Assembly: GCA_029935295.1 (NCBI GenBank)
Contig: JAOZKP010000004.1
Location: 1 to 26,175, forward strand
Length of the DNA stretch: 26,175 bases
Direction of reading: 5' to 3'
DNA from: a bacterium
GTDB lineage: Bacteria; Desulfobacterota; Anaeroferrophillalia; Anaeroferrophillales; Tharpellaceae
The position numbers and the translations under genes were made by a program. Positions 18,912-26,175 of the stretch are shown here, in pieces; positions within the stretch are counted from its first letter, which is position 1; each line of letters begins with the position of its first letter. The notes beneath the pieces were generated by a model, which worked only from the letters and a program-made list of their open reading frames with translations, was not told the origin of the DNA and did not search any database.

Positions 18912-20405
18912 ATGGGTGAGGTGATCTATTCGGCGAAACCATTGTGGGCTGTACTGGTCTCAATGGGAGCCGCCTTTCTGATCCTTTTGACCGGCGAAAA
19001 AGCCCGGAATTTGAGAGAGAGCTGGACTATTCTTGCGGCACTGATCAAGTTCGGACTGGTCTTTTCCCTGATCAAACCGGTCCTGGCGGGGAAAACAATT
19101 GAATACACCCTGATTACCCTGCTGCCCGGGGTTGCACTCCAGTTTCGTGTAGACGCTTTCGGACTGCTTTTCGGAGTAGTTGCAGCAACTTTGTGGATCC
19201 CGACCTCATTCTACTCAATCGGCTATGTCAGAACCCTTAATGAACACGGCCAGAGCCGCTACTTTTTCAGCTTCGCAATGTGTCTCTCGGCGGCCATCGG
19301 GGTCGCCTTTGCCGGCAACCTTCTGACCCTGCTGATCTTCTATGAAATCCTGACAATAGCGACTTGGCCGCTGGTCATTCACCATGAAGACACAAGTGCG
19401 ATTGCCGGGGGCCGAAAATACCTGGTCTACACCCTGACTGCGGGCTGTATCCTGCTGCTGGCAATCGGCATAACCTATTCGTTGGCCGGCACTCTAGACT
19501 TTGTCGGCGGCGGTTTTCTCGCAGGTCACGGCTCACCCGGCCTGCTGATTTTACTTTTGACCCTATTTATTGCCGGGTTCGGGGTTAAAGCCGGAATCAT
19601 GCCCTTCCACGAATGGCTTCCATCGGCGATGGTCGCTCCGACTCCGGTCAGCGCCCTGCTCCATGCGGTCGCAGTTGTTAAAGCCGGGGTTTTTGGTTGT
19701 GTCCGGGTCATCCTCTTTGTCTTCGGGCCGGAGCTTTTACAACAACTCGGAGTCTGGACGATTTTGGCCGGGGTTGTAGCCTTTACGGTGGTTGCCGCCG
19801 GGCTTTTAGCCCTGGGTCAGGATCATCTCAAACGGCGGCTCGCATTTTCCACCATCAACAATCTAGCGCTGATTATTTTAGGCGTCAGCCTGCTGAGTAA
19901 AAATGCCATGACCGGCGGCATTCTCCATATTGCCAATCATGCTTTTATGAAGATCACCCTCTTCTTCTGTGCCGGGGCAATCTACGCTAAAACGCATAAA
20001 GATCATGTCAGCCAACTCGATGGTTTGGGCCGCCAGATGCCTTTCACCTTTGCCGCTTTCGCGATTGCCTCCATGGGACTGTGCGGCCTGCCACCGGTAA
20101 ATGGTTTTATCAGTAAATGGTTTCTTTGTCTGGGTGCAGTTGAAACCCATCAGATAGTTTTTCTCTTCGTCATTTTAACCAGCGCCATGCTTGATGTCGC
20201 CTTCTTTTTTCCGATCATCTACAACGGTTTTTTCAAAAAGCCCCTGCCCGATGTGGCCGGTAAAGTCGATGAAGCACCGCTGCTCATGGTTCTACCACTA
20301 TGTTTTACGGCCCTGTTTTCAGTTGTTTTCGGGATTTTCCCCAATGCTTTTCTCAACTTCTTCAACATTGTCCGGCTCGCCGTGACCAACGTTCTCGGAG
20401 GATGA
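18912..20405 (+). CDS. mrpD: Mrp antiporter subunit D family protein (copy 2)
   Basis: FYEILT, KAGIMPFHEWLPSAMVAPTPVSALLHAVAVVKAG, NHAFMKITLFF, PPVNGFISKW. Confidence 0.92.
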   Translation: MGEVIYSAKPLWAVLVSMGAAFLILLTGEKARNLRESWTILAALIKFGLVFSLIKPVLAGKTIEYTLITLLPGVALQFRVDAFGLLFGVVAATLWIPTSFYSIGYVRTLNEHGQSRYFFSFAMCLSAAIGVAFAGNLLTLLIFYEILTIATWPLVIHHEDTSAIAGGRKYLVYTLTAGCILLLAIGITYSLAGTLDFVGGGFLAGHGSPGLLILLLTLFIAGFGVKAGIMPFHEWLPSAMVAPTPVSALLHAVAVVKAGVFGCVRVILFVFGPELLQQLGVWTILAGVVAFTVVAAGLLALGQDHLKRRLAFSTINNLALIILGVSLLSKNAMTGGILHIANHAFMKITLFFCAGAIYAKTHKDHVSQLDGLGRQMPFTFAAFAIASMGLCGLPPVNGFISKWFLCLGAVETHQIVFLFVILTSAMLDVAFFFPIIYNGFFKKPLPDVAGKVDEAPLLMVLPLCFTALFSVVFGIFPNAFLNFFNIVRLAVTNVLGG

Positions 20406-20406
20406 G

Positions 20407-20628
20407 ATGAATCCAACCAGACTTAGCCGGATAATGATGGCTCTGATTTTAGCGCTTTTTGTCTTAGGCTTTATCTTCCCTAACCCACACCCCCATTTCT
20501 GGTGGCAGAAGATCCCTGCATTTGATATCTTCTTCGGCTTTCTTGGCTCTATCCTGTTAATTGTCTTTGCCAAATGGCTCGGTCATAACTGGCTTTTAAA
20601 GGACAAGGATTACTACAACCATGATTAA
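20407..20628 (+). CDS. Small 2-TM membrane protein of the Mrp cluster
   Basis: 73 aa, two hydrophobic segments, HPHFWWQKIPAF and KDYY motifs; translationally coupled on both sides. Confidence 0.8.
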   Translation: MNPTRLSRIMMALILALFVLGFIFPNPHPHFWWQKIPAFDIFFGFLGSILLIVFAKWLGHNWLLKDKDYYNHD

Positions 20629-22402
20629 TCTGCCGCCCGCCTTCATCTACATAATCGGAGCGTTGCTGATCCCGCTGGTTCGGGTACGTCGTCTCCAGCA
20701 GGCGATTGCTCTGCTGATCCCGATCCTCGCCATGATCACCCTCTGGCAGATGCCGCAGGGAGTCTACTGGCAGATGAGGTTTCTTGATTACGATTTGATT
20801 CTAGGCCGGGTCGACAAACTCAGCCTGCTCTTTGCCTACATCTTCGTCATCATCTCCTTTATCGGCATGCTCTACGCCATCCATATCAAGGAAATGGGCC
20901 AACATGTTGCAGCTTATCTCTATGTCGGCAGTACCCTCGGAGTCGTCTTTGCCGGCGACCTTTTCTCGCTTTTTTTCTTCTGGGAGATTATGGCGGCAGC
21001 CTCCGTCTTTCTAATCTGGTACAATAAAACTGAGGCCTCACTTAAGGCAGGGTTCCGTTATGCCTTGGTGCATCTCTTTGGCGGGGCGATACTTTTAGGC
21101 GGGATTGTAATGCAGGTCTCGAACACCGGTTCAATCCTGTTCAACCCCTTTGATTTAAGTACATTGGCAGCTAAATTCATTCTTTTCGGTTTTCTAATAA
21201 ATGCCGCAGTCCCTCCCCTGCATGCCTGGCTGCCCGATGCCTACCCGGAAGGAACGATTACCGGCAGCGTTTTCATGACCGCTTTTACCACTAAAAGTGC
21301 TGTCTATGTCCTCGCACGCTCATTTGCCGGTACCGAAATACTGATCTGGCTCGGTGCGATTATGGCCCTCTACGGAGTCATTTACGCGGTTATTGAAAAA
21401 GATATCCGCCGGCTCCTGTCCTACCATATTGTCAGTCAGGTCGGTTATATGGTCTGCGCCGTTGGCATCGGCACTGAAATGGCCTTAAATGGTGCCGGGG
21501 CCCACGCCTTCTGCCATATTCTCTATAAAGCGGTACTCTTTATGGGGATGGGGGCGGTCATCCAGATGACTGGACGCCGCAATATTCTCGACCTTAAAGG
21601 CCGACATCTCTACAAGAAAATGCCGCTCACCTTGGGCCTCTATATGGTTGGCGCCTTCTCTATTTCAGCCGTCCCGCTGTTTAACGGCTTTGTCAGCAAA
21701 ACCATGATCGTTGCCGCAGCCGGGTCGAGCCATCTGCCGATTATTGAAATAATGCTTCATTTAGCTTCGGTCGGTACATTTTTAAGTGTTGGTTTAAAAC
21801 TCCCCTGGGGCGTCTGGTTCGGCAAACCCGATGGCAGTGAAGATGAAATTGCTGAGGCTAAAGAGCCCCCACTCAATATGCAGCTCGGAATGGGGATCGG
21901 CGCCCTGCTTTGCATAATTACCGGGATTTTCCCCGAAACTCTTTATAAGTTACTCCCCTACAAAGTCGAATTCCATCCCTACACCCCCAACCATATCGTC
22001 GCCTCACTCCAGCTTTTAGTCCTGACCCTGGCCGGGTTCTGGATTTACAGAGATAAACTGATGGCCGGGGAAAAGTCAATCAGCCTTGATACCGACTGGT
22101 TTTACCGGGTTTTTGGCCGAGCCGTATTAAACTTCTGCCTGTACCCCTTAAACCGCTTTCGCGATTTGGTTCAGTCTGCCTTTGTCAGCCGAACCCGCAC
22201 TATCGCCTCTTTAAGCAAACACCCTTATGCCCTCCTGGAGCTTTTCTGGTACACCCTCAGCGGGGAAAGAAAAACGATGGCCGAGCTCCTGCAACGCCCT
22301 TACGACGAAAAGGATTACCGCCTCCCCGTCGGCATCGGTGTCTGCGCCTCCCTGATCTTTCTTTTCATCTACGCCTTGGTCTACATGCGGGTCGCGAGTT
22401 AA
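20621..22402 (+). CDS. Mrp antiporter subunit D/A-like protein (copy 3, with C-terminal extension)
   Basis: FFFWEIMA, NAAVPPLHAWLPDAYPE, FTTKSAVY, SYHIVSQVGYM, HILYKAVLF, FNGFVSK, plus an extended C-terminal region. Confidence 0.9.
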   Translation: MINLPPAFIYIIGALLIPLVRVRRLQQAIALLIPILAMITLWQMPQGVYWQMRFLDYDLILGRVDKLSLLFAYIFVIISFIGMLYAIHIKEMGQHVAAYLYVGSTLGVVFAGDLFSLFFFWEIMAAASVFLIWYNKTEASLKAGFRYALVHLFGGAILLGGIVMQVSNTGSILFNPFDLSTLAAKFILFGFLINAAVPPLHAWLPDAYPEGTITGSVFMTAFTTKSAVYVLARSFAGTEILIWLGAIMALYGVIYAVIEKDIRRLLSYHIVSQVGYMVCAVGIGTEMALNGAGAHAFCHILYKAVLFMGMGAVIQMTGRRNILDLKGRHLYKKMPLTLGLYMVGAFSISAVPLFNGFVSKTMIVAAAGSSHLPIIEIMLHLASVGTFLSVGLKLPWGVWFGKPDGSEDEIAEAKEPPLNMQLGMGIGALLCIITGIFPETLYKLLPYKVEFHPYTPNHIVASLQLLVLTLAGFWIYRDKLMAGEKSISLDTDWFYRVFGRAVLNFCLYPLNRFRDLVQSAFVSRTRTIASLSKHPYALLELFWYTLSGERKTMAELLQRPYDEKDYRLPVGIGVCASLIFLFIYALVYMRVAS

Positions 22403-22483
22403 TATCAGTTGAGCTTTGTTGCCTGCTATTGTTTTGAACCTCTACCTAAATTGTACTTTTGATGCACTGTCACAGGTAAGTAT

Positions 22484-23185
22484 ATCCAAACTATACCTTT
22501 TACCAATTTAGCGTTAGCATTCGTTCCGGTAATAGTCGTCATCGTCATTATCTGGCGCTGGAATGTCGGCTACAAGAGCTCAGTTTATGCGATTGCCCGC
22601 ATGCTGACCCAGCTCCTGTTGATCGGCTATTTCCTCATCTATATTTTCAAAACTGACAGCGCCCTGATTATTGTCGCAGTCCTGACGATCATGCTGCTTT
22701 CATCCAGCTGGATCGCGCTGCGAACCATGAAAATTCCACGCAAGGTTCTCTATCTCAAATCTTTGAGTGCCATTGCCCTGGCGGGAATTTTGATTCTGGC
22801 ACTTGTAACCCAGGGCGTCCTCAACCTCCAACCCTGGTATATGCCCAGCTATTTAATTCCGCTGGCGGGAATGATTTTTGCGAATGCGATGAACAGCGTC
22901 AGCCTCGCAGGTGAGCGTTTGGAAGCAGAAATCGACCGCGGCATTCCTTATCTACAAGCCCGTATAATCGCGCTTAAAGCCTCACTCATCCCGATAACTA
23001 ACTCACTGTTTGCGGTCGGTCTGGTTTCACTTCCGGGAATGATGACCGGCCAGATCCTCTCGGGAGTCTCTCCATTGATTGCAGTCAGATACCAAATCAT
23101 GGTAATGTGTATGATCTTCAGCGCGGCCGGAATTGCATCGGCCATATTTCTGGTTCTGATCAGACCTAATTTTCACTCAGAATAA
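22484..23185 (+). CDS. UPF0014/FetB (YbbM)-like ABC transporter permease
   Basis: ARMLTQLLLIGY, LIPLAGMIFANAMN, GLVSLPGMMTGQILSGVSP..AVRYQI. The hydrophobic N-terminal segment is in frame upstream of the ATG at 22601 but has no ATG/GTG/TTG; the start at 22484 (ATC) is tentative. Confidence 0.85.
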   Translation: MQTIPFTNLALAFVPVIVVIVIIWRWNVGYKSSVYAIARMLTQLLLIGYFLIYIFKTDSALIIVAVLTIMLLSSSWIALRTMKIPRKVLYLKSLSAIALAGILILALVTQGVLNLQPWYMPSYLIPLAGMIFANAMNSVSLAGERLEAEIDRGIPYLQARIIALKASLIPITNSLFAVGLVSLPGMMTGQILSGVSPLIAVRYQIMVMCMIFSAAGIASAIFLVLIRPNFHSE

Positions 23186-23187
23186 CT

Positions 23188-24159
23188 ATGCCAAATAGAA
23201 CCATTTTAACCATCACCGAATCGGTCTCCCGGCTTGACCGGTTTTTACACCAGCACTACCCGGCCATATCAACTAATCACTGGCGGCGGGCATTAACGGG
23301 TGGGAAGATTCTGGTTGACGGACGGCGGGCGGCAAAAGGCAGTTCATTGAGCATAGGCCAAACCGTATCTTTTACGACAGAGCTAATCTCTGAGTTAACG
23401 GCAGAGCTTCGGCCGGCCGTAAAGCCCAACCTTGAAATACTATTTCAAGATGAAAACCTGCTGGCCCTGAACAAACCCGCCAATTGCCATACCCACCCCT
23501 TATCGGCTTCGGAAACCGGAACTTTAACCAATCATCTGATCGCAATTTTCCCCGAACTTGCCGGGGTCGGCGAATTCGGGCCGCTCCAACCCGGCCTGCT
23601 CAATCGCCTCGATTTCGCCACTTCAGGAATTGTTCTAGCAGCCCGCAATAATTCAGTCTGGCATGATCTCAGACAGCAGTTCTCCCAACATCAAATCCGC
23701 AAAGAGTATCTGGCCGATATTGCCGGAGTGCTGGAAACAGAAATTGTTATCGAAAACGATTTAACCCACGACCACCGTAATCGGCGGCGCATGACAGCAA
23801 CGCCACCGGCTGATCCCTGCCGCGGTATCTATCCGGCCAAAACTGAAATTTCCCCGCTCCAAATTATGTCTGAGAACAACCTGACCCGGGTGCGCCTGAT
23901 AATGTATAGCGGCGTCATGCACCAGTTACGCGTCCATCTCGCGGATATCGGTCACCCAATTCTTGGCGACGTACTCTATGGCAGTACCACTGATACAGAT
24001 AACACTGCCCCGCAAAGTGAAACCAATACCTGCACTGCAGCAACCAGCCTACATTTACATTGTGCCAGGATGACACTGTCTGACGATCTGGTAATCACAG
24101 CACCGCCGCCGGAGTGGAGCCTGAATCAGACTACAAACTCAACTCAGAACATTAATTAA
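23188..24159 (+). CDS. RluA-family RNA pseudouridine synthase with N-terminal S4 domain (RluC/RluD-like)
   Basis: S4-like RLDRFL...GKILVDG, NKPA motif, catalytic NRLDFATSG, GVMHQLRVHLADIGHPILGDVLYG, LHLHC. Confidence 0.92.
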   Translation: MPNRTILTITESVSRLDRFLHQHYPAISTNHWRRALTGGKILVDGRRAAKGSSLSIGQTVSFTTELISELTAELRPAVKPNLEILFQDENLLALNKPANCHTHPLSASETGTLTNHLIAIFPELAGVGEFGPLQPGLLNRLDFATSGIVLAARNNSVWHDLRQQFSQHQIRKEYLADIAGVLETEIVIENDLTHDHRNRRRMTATPPADPCRGIYPAKTEISPLQIMSENNLTRVRLIMYSGVMHQLRVHLADIGHPILGDVLYGSTTDTDNTAPQSETNTCTAATSLHLHCARMTLSDDLVITAPPPEWSLNQTTNSTQNIN

Positions 24160-24161
24160 AA

Positions 24162-25106
24162 ATGAATAAAAAGGCCCCACGCAACCAAACCATTACCCTT
24201 AACAATGAAGAGAAAACAAAACTTTTACAAGAAGTCATCTCCCTCAACGCACCCGCCACTTCCGATACCATCAAAGATCGAATAATCAATCAAGATCTCT
24301 TCACCTGTATCGATTTTCTCCCGGATAATTTCATTAATCTACTAATCATCGACCCACCCTACAACTTAAGTAAACAGTTCGCCGGCAATAAATTTACCCG
24401 CAGATCTGAAACTGAGTATCTGGTCTGGCTTAATAGCTGGTTACCGAAAATTAAAAGATCCCTGCAACCGACAGCATCAATATATGTCTGCTGCGACTGG
24501 CAGTCATCCAAAGCGATACAAACAGTTCTCGAAAACCATTTTACGATCAGAAACCGGATTACGTGGGAACGGGAAAAGGGACGCGGAGCTAAAACCAACT
24601 GGAAAAACTGCTCTGAGGATATCTGGTTTTGTACAATGTCAAATGACTACTACTTTGCTGTCGATGCGGTCAAACTCAAACGTAAGGTCGTAGCCCCCTA
24701 CCGCAACACCTCCGGCAAGCCCAAAGATTGGCAAGAAACAACCGACGGCAATTACCGCCTGACCCACCCCTCAAACTTGTGGACAGATATCTCCATCCCC
24801 TTCTGGTCGATGCCTGAGAACACCGAGCACCCAACTCAGAAACCGGAGAAACTGATTGCCAAACTTATTCTCGCCAGCTCCAGACCTAAAGATTTCATAT
24901 TTGACCCTTTCCTGGGCTCAGGTACCACCGCAGTTGTCGCCAAAAAACTCGGACGTCATTTTTCAGGCATAGAGATTGAGCCTGATTACTGTGCCATCAC
25001 CATCAAACGCCTTAAACGAGCGACCACCGACCAAACCATTCAAGGCTATAACAACGGCTGCTTCTGGGAACGCAACAGCCTGCAAGAGCAGAAAAAATGC
25101 CGCTGA
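24162..25106 (+). CDS. Beta-class N6-adenine/N4-cytosine DNA methyltransferase (apparently orphan)
   Basis: Motif IV DPPY near the N-terminus, HPTQKPE, motif I DPFLGSGTT near the C-terminus, GRHFSGIEI. Confidence 0.92.
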   Translation: MNKKAPRNQTITLNNEEKTKLLQEVISLNAPATSDTIKDRIINQDLFTCIDFLPDNFINLLIIDPPYNLSKQFAGNKFTRRSETEYLVWLNSWLPKIKRSLQPTASIYVCCDWQSSKAIQTVLENHFTIRNRITWEREKGRGAKTNWKNCSEDIWFCTMSNDYYFAVDAVKLKRKVVAPYRNTSGKPKDWQETTDGNYRLTHPSNLWTDISIPFWSMPENTEHPTQKPEKLIAKLILASSRPKDFIFDPFLGSGTTAVVAKKLGRHFSGIEIEPDYCAITIKRLKRATTDQTIQGYNNGCFWERNSLQEQKKCR

Positions 25107-25127
25107 AATCTTGTCGAAACCGGCAAT

Positions 25128-25230
25128 ATGGATTAGCTACGACGACCCAAAACAGCGGCCGTTACCCGACTTCGACAAATTTCATGGCTTCCCCTTGGCA
25201 ATGGATAATCGCTGGGTAAAGCTCAGCAAA
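25128..25230 (+). pseudogene. Probable N-terminal fragment of an IS5-type transposase
   Basis: ISYDDPKQRPLPDF...LAMDNRWVKLSK resembles the xNRWVKL N-terminus of IS5-like transposases (recollection); the ATG at 25128 is one base out of frame and a stop follows at 25246-25248. Confidence 0.5.
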
Positions 25231-25257
25231 CGACTAGGGCGAAGGTAGGCATATAAA

Positions 25258-25839
25258 TTACTTAATTTTAGAAAGAGCAAATGATATCAAGGATGGTTTA
25301 CTTTGGCGTAGTTTTTCTAATTCATCCTTATTATCGATATTCCACTGGGCCCATAAATCGGCATGTATACTCCCTTTTAGTTTTTTACCGATATCGGAAT
25401 CAGCCATTCCCTGTTTCAGCAATGCGTAACCTTCAATATAATCACTTTCAAAGTGCTGTTTAAAACCCAGAAGCGAACTATCCAATAACTCTGTATCCAC
25501 TTCACGGGCAATCTGTAACAACTGATCAATAACAGAAATTATATTTATCTCATCTGGATTGCCATCTTTCATCATACCAAAAACCTGATTGGATAGCCTC
25601 AGTGACCGGTAGACATTTTCAACCTGTGTTTTTGTTTCAGACTTTAAAATGTCCATATGCTGCAGGCAGACAAAGTTCAGTACGATCGCCCCCAACAACA
25701 TACCAAACACAAAATAACGTTCATTGCGGCGCGATGCCAAGAACGCAACCATAACTGCTAAAAAAGCAACGCCCACTGCCGATAGATCATTCAGAAAAAA
25801 GCTCACAACCCCAAAAATTACCGAAACAATACTTAGCAA
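25258..25839 (-). CDS. Hypothetical membrane protein (2-3 N-terminal TM segments plus soluble helical domain)
   Basis: 193-aa ORF, TTG start after a G-rich SD; AT-rich; no recognisable family motif. Confidence 0.75.
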   Translation of the reverse strand: MLSIVSVIFGVVSFFLNDLSAVGVAFLAVMVAFLASRRNERYFVFGMLLGAIVLNFVCLQHMDILKSETKTQVENVYRSLRLSNQVFGMMKDGNPDEINIISVIDQLLQIAREVDTELLDSSLLGFKQHFESDYIEGYALLKQGMADSDIGKKLKGSIHADLWAQWNIDNKDELEKLRQSKPSLISFALSKIK

Positions 25840-25863
25840 GGTTTACCCCCCCCCTCAAACATT

Positions 25864-26055
25864 CTATCCAAACACCTTCTCTGCACCCGAATAAACCACT
25901 TCAATCTTCAACGCAACAGCCGCATGACCGGGATGTTTTTCCGGATTCCAAGTTTTCATATCATCAAATATTTCACCTTCTCTGTGATATTCAATAGTGC
26001 CTTTGGCCTGATAGGCGGTGCCATCTTTGGTTATAATTTGTGGTAATTTTGCCAT
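25864..26055 (-). pseudogene. Pyridoxamine 5'-phosphate oxidase-like FMN-binding protein, apparently internally deleted
   Basis: ATG at 26055 after SD AAGGA gives MAKLPQ joined directly to IITKDGTAYQAKGTIEYH...WNPEKHPGHAA..KIEVVYSGAEK; only 63 aa versus roughly 125-130 expected from recalled homologs. Confidence 0.6.
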
Positions 26056-26108
26056 TTTCAAAAGTCCTTTTACTAAAATTTTACATTTTAGCTCAGCTAT
26101 ATCTTATA

Positions 26109-26175
26109 TTAAATCTCATACAGCCACGCTTCAGCTTCTTCTTTTTGATCTCTGTTAAAAGCTTTAATCTCCAGA
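26109..26175 (-). CDS. 3' end of a gene entering from the right, possibly STAS/SEC14 (SpoIIAA-like) protein
   Basis: Minus frame reads LEIKAFNRDQKEEAEAWLYEI*, resembling the EI..F...Q.EEA..WL tail of that family; only 21 codons visible. Confidence 0.45.
   Translation of the reverse strand, partial: LEIKAFNRDQKEEAEAWLYEI

Noticed and set aside
14700-22402. Membrane-bound hydrogenase (Mbh/Ech) or complex I-like respiratory complex
   Set aside because: No NiFe large/small subunit, NuoH-like or Fe-S subunit is encoded in or beside the cluster; only antiporter modules are present.

Overview
A 26.2-kb, mostly housekeeping/bioenergetic window, probably from a Desulfobacterota/deltaproteobacterial genome (inferred from the split atpF'FHAGDC-glmU-glmS arrangement). 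Minus strand: a REC-like small protein, a PAS-HisKA-HATPase-REC hybrid kinase, a ClC-CBS anion transporter, glmS, glmU and atpC-D-G-A-H-F-F'. Divergent on the plus strand is a 10-gene Mrp/Mnh-type cation/H+ antiporter cluster with no hydrogenase or redox module, followed by a tightly coupled fetB-like permease / RluA-family pseudouridine synthase / orphan beta-class DNA methyltransferase trio. The AT-rich right end holds decayed material: a probable IS5-type transposase scrap, a hypothetical membrane protein, an apparently internally deleted pyridoxamine-5'-phosphate-oxidase-like gene and the 3' end of a possible STAS/SEC14-like gene. Most notable observations: (1) an in-frame MrpE-MrpB fusion with MrpB moved out of its usual position; (2) an exact 12-mer TGAATAGTTACA shared by the clc and mrp upstream regions, with further AGTTACA copies in the atp/mrp divergent region, suggesting a common ion-homeostasis regulator; (3) an 86-nt multi-stem element between glmS and clc; (4) a ClC with substitutions at three canonical ion-binding/coupling positions. 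Family assignments come from motif recognition only; no searches were run.
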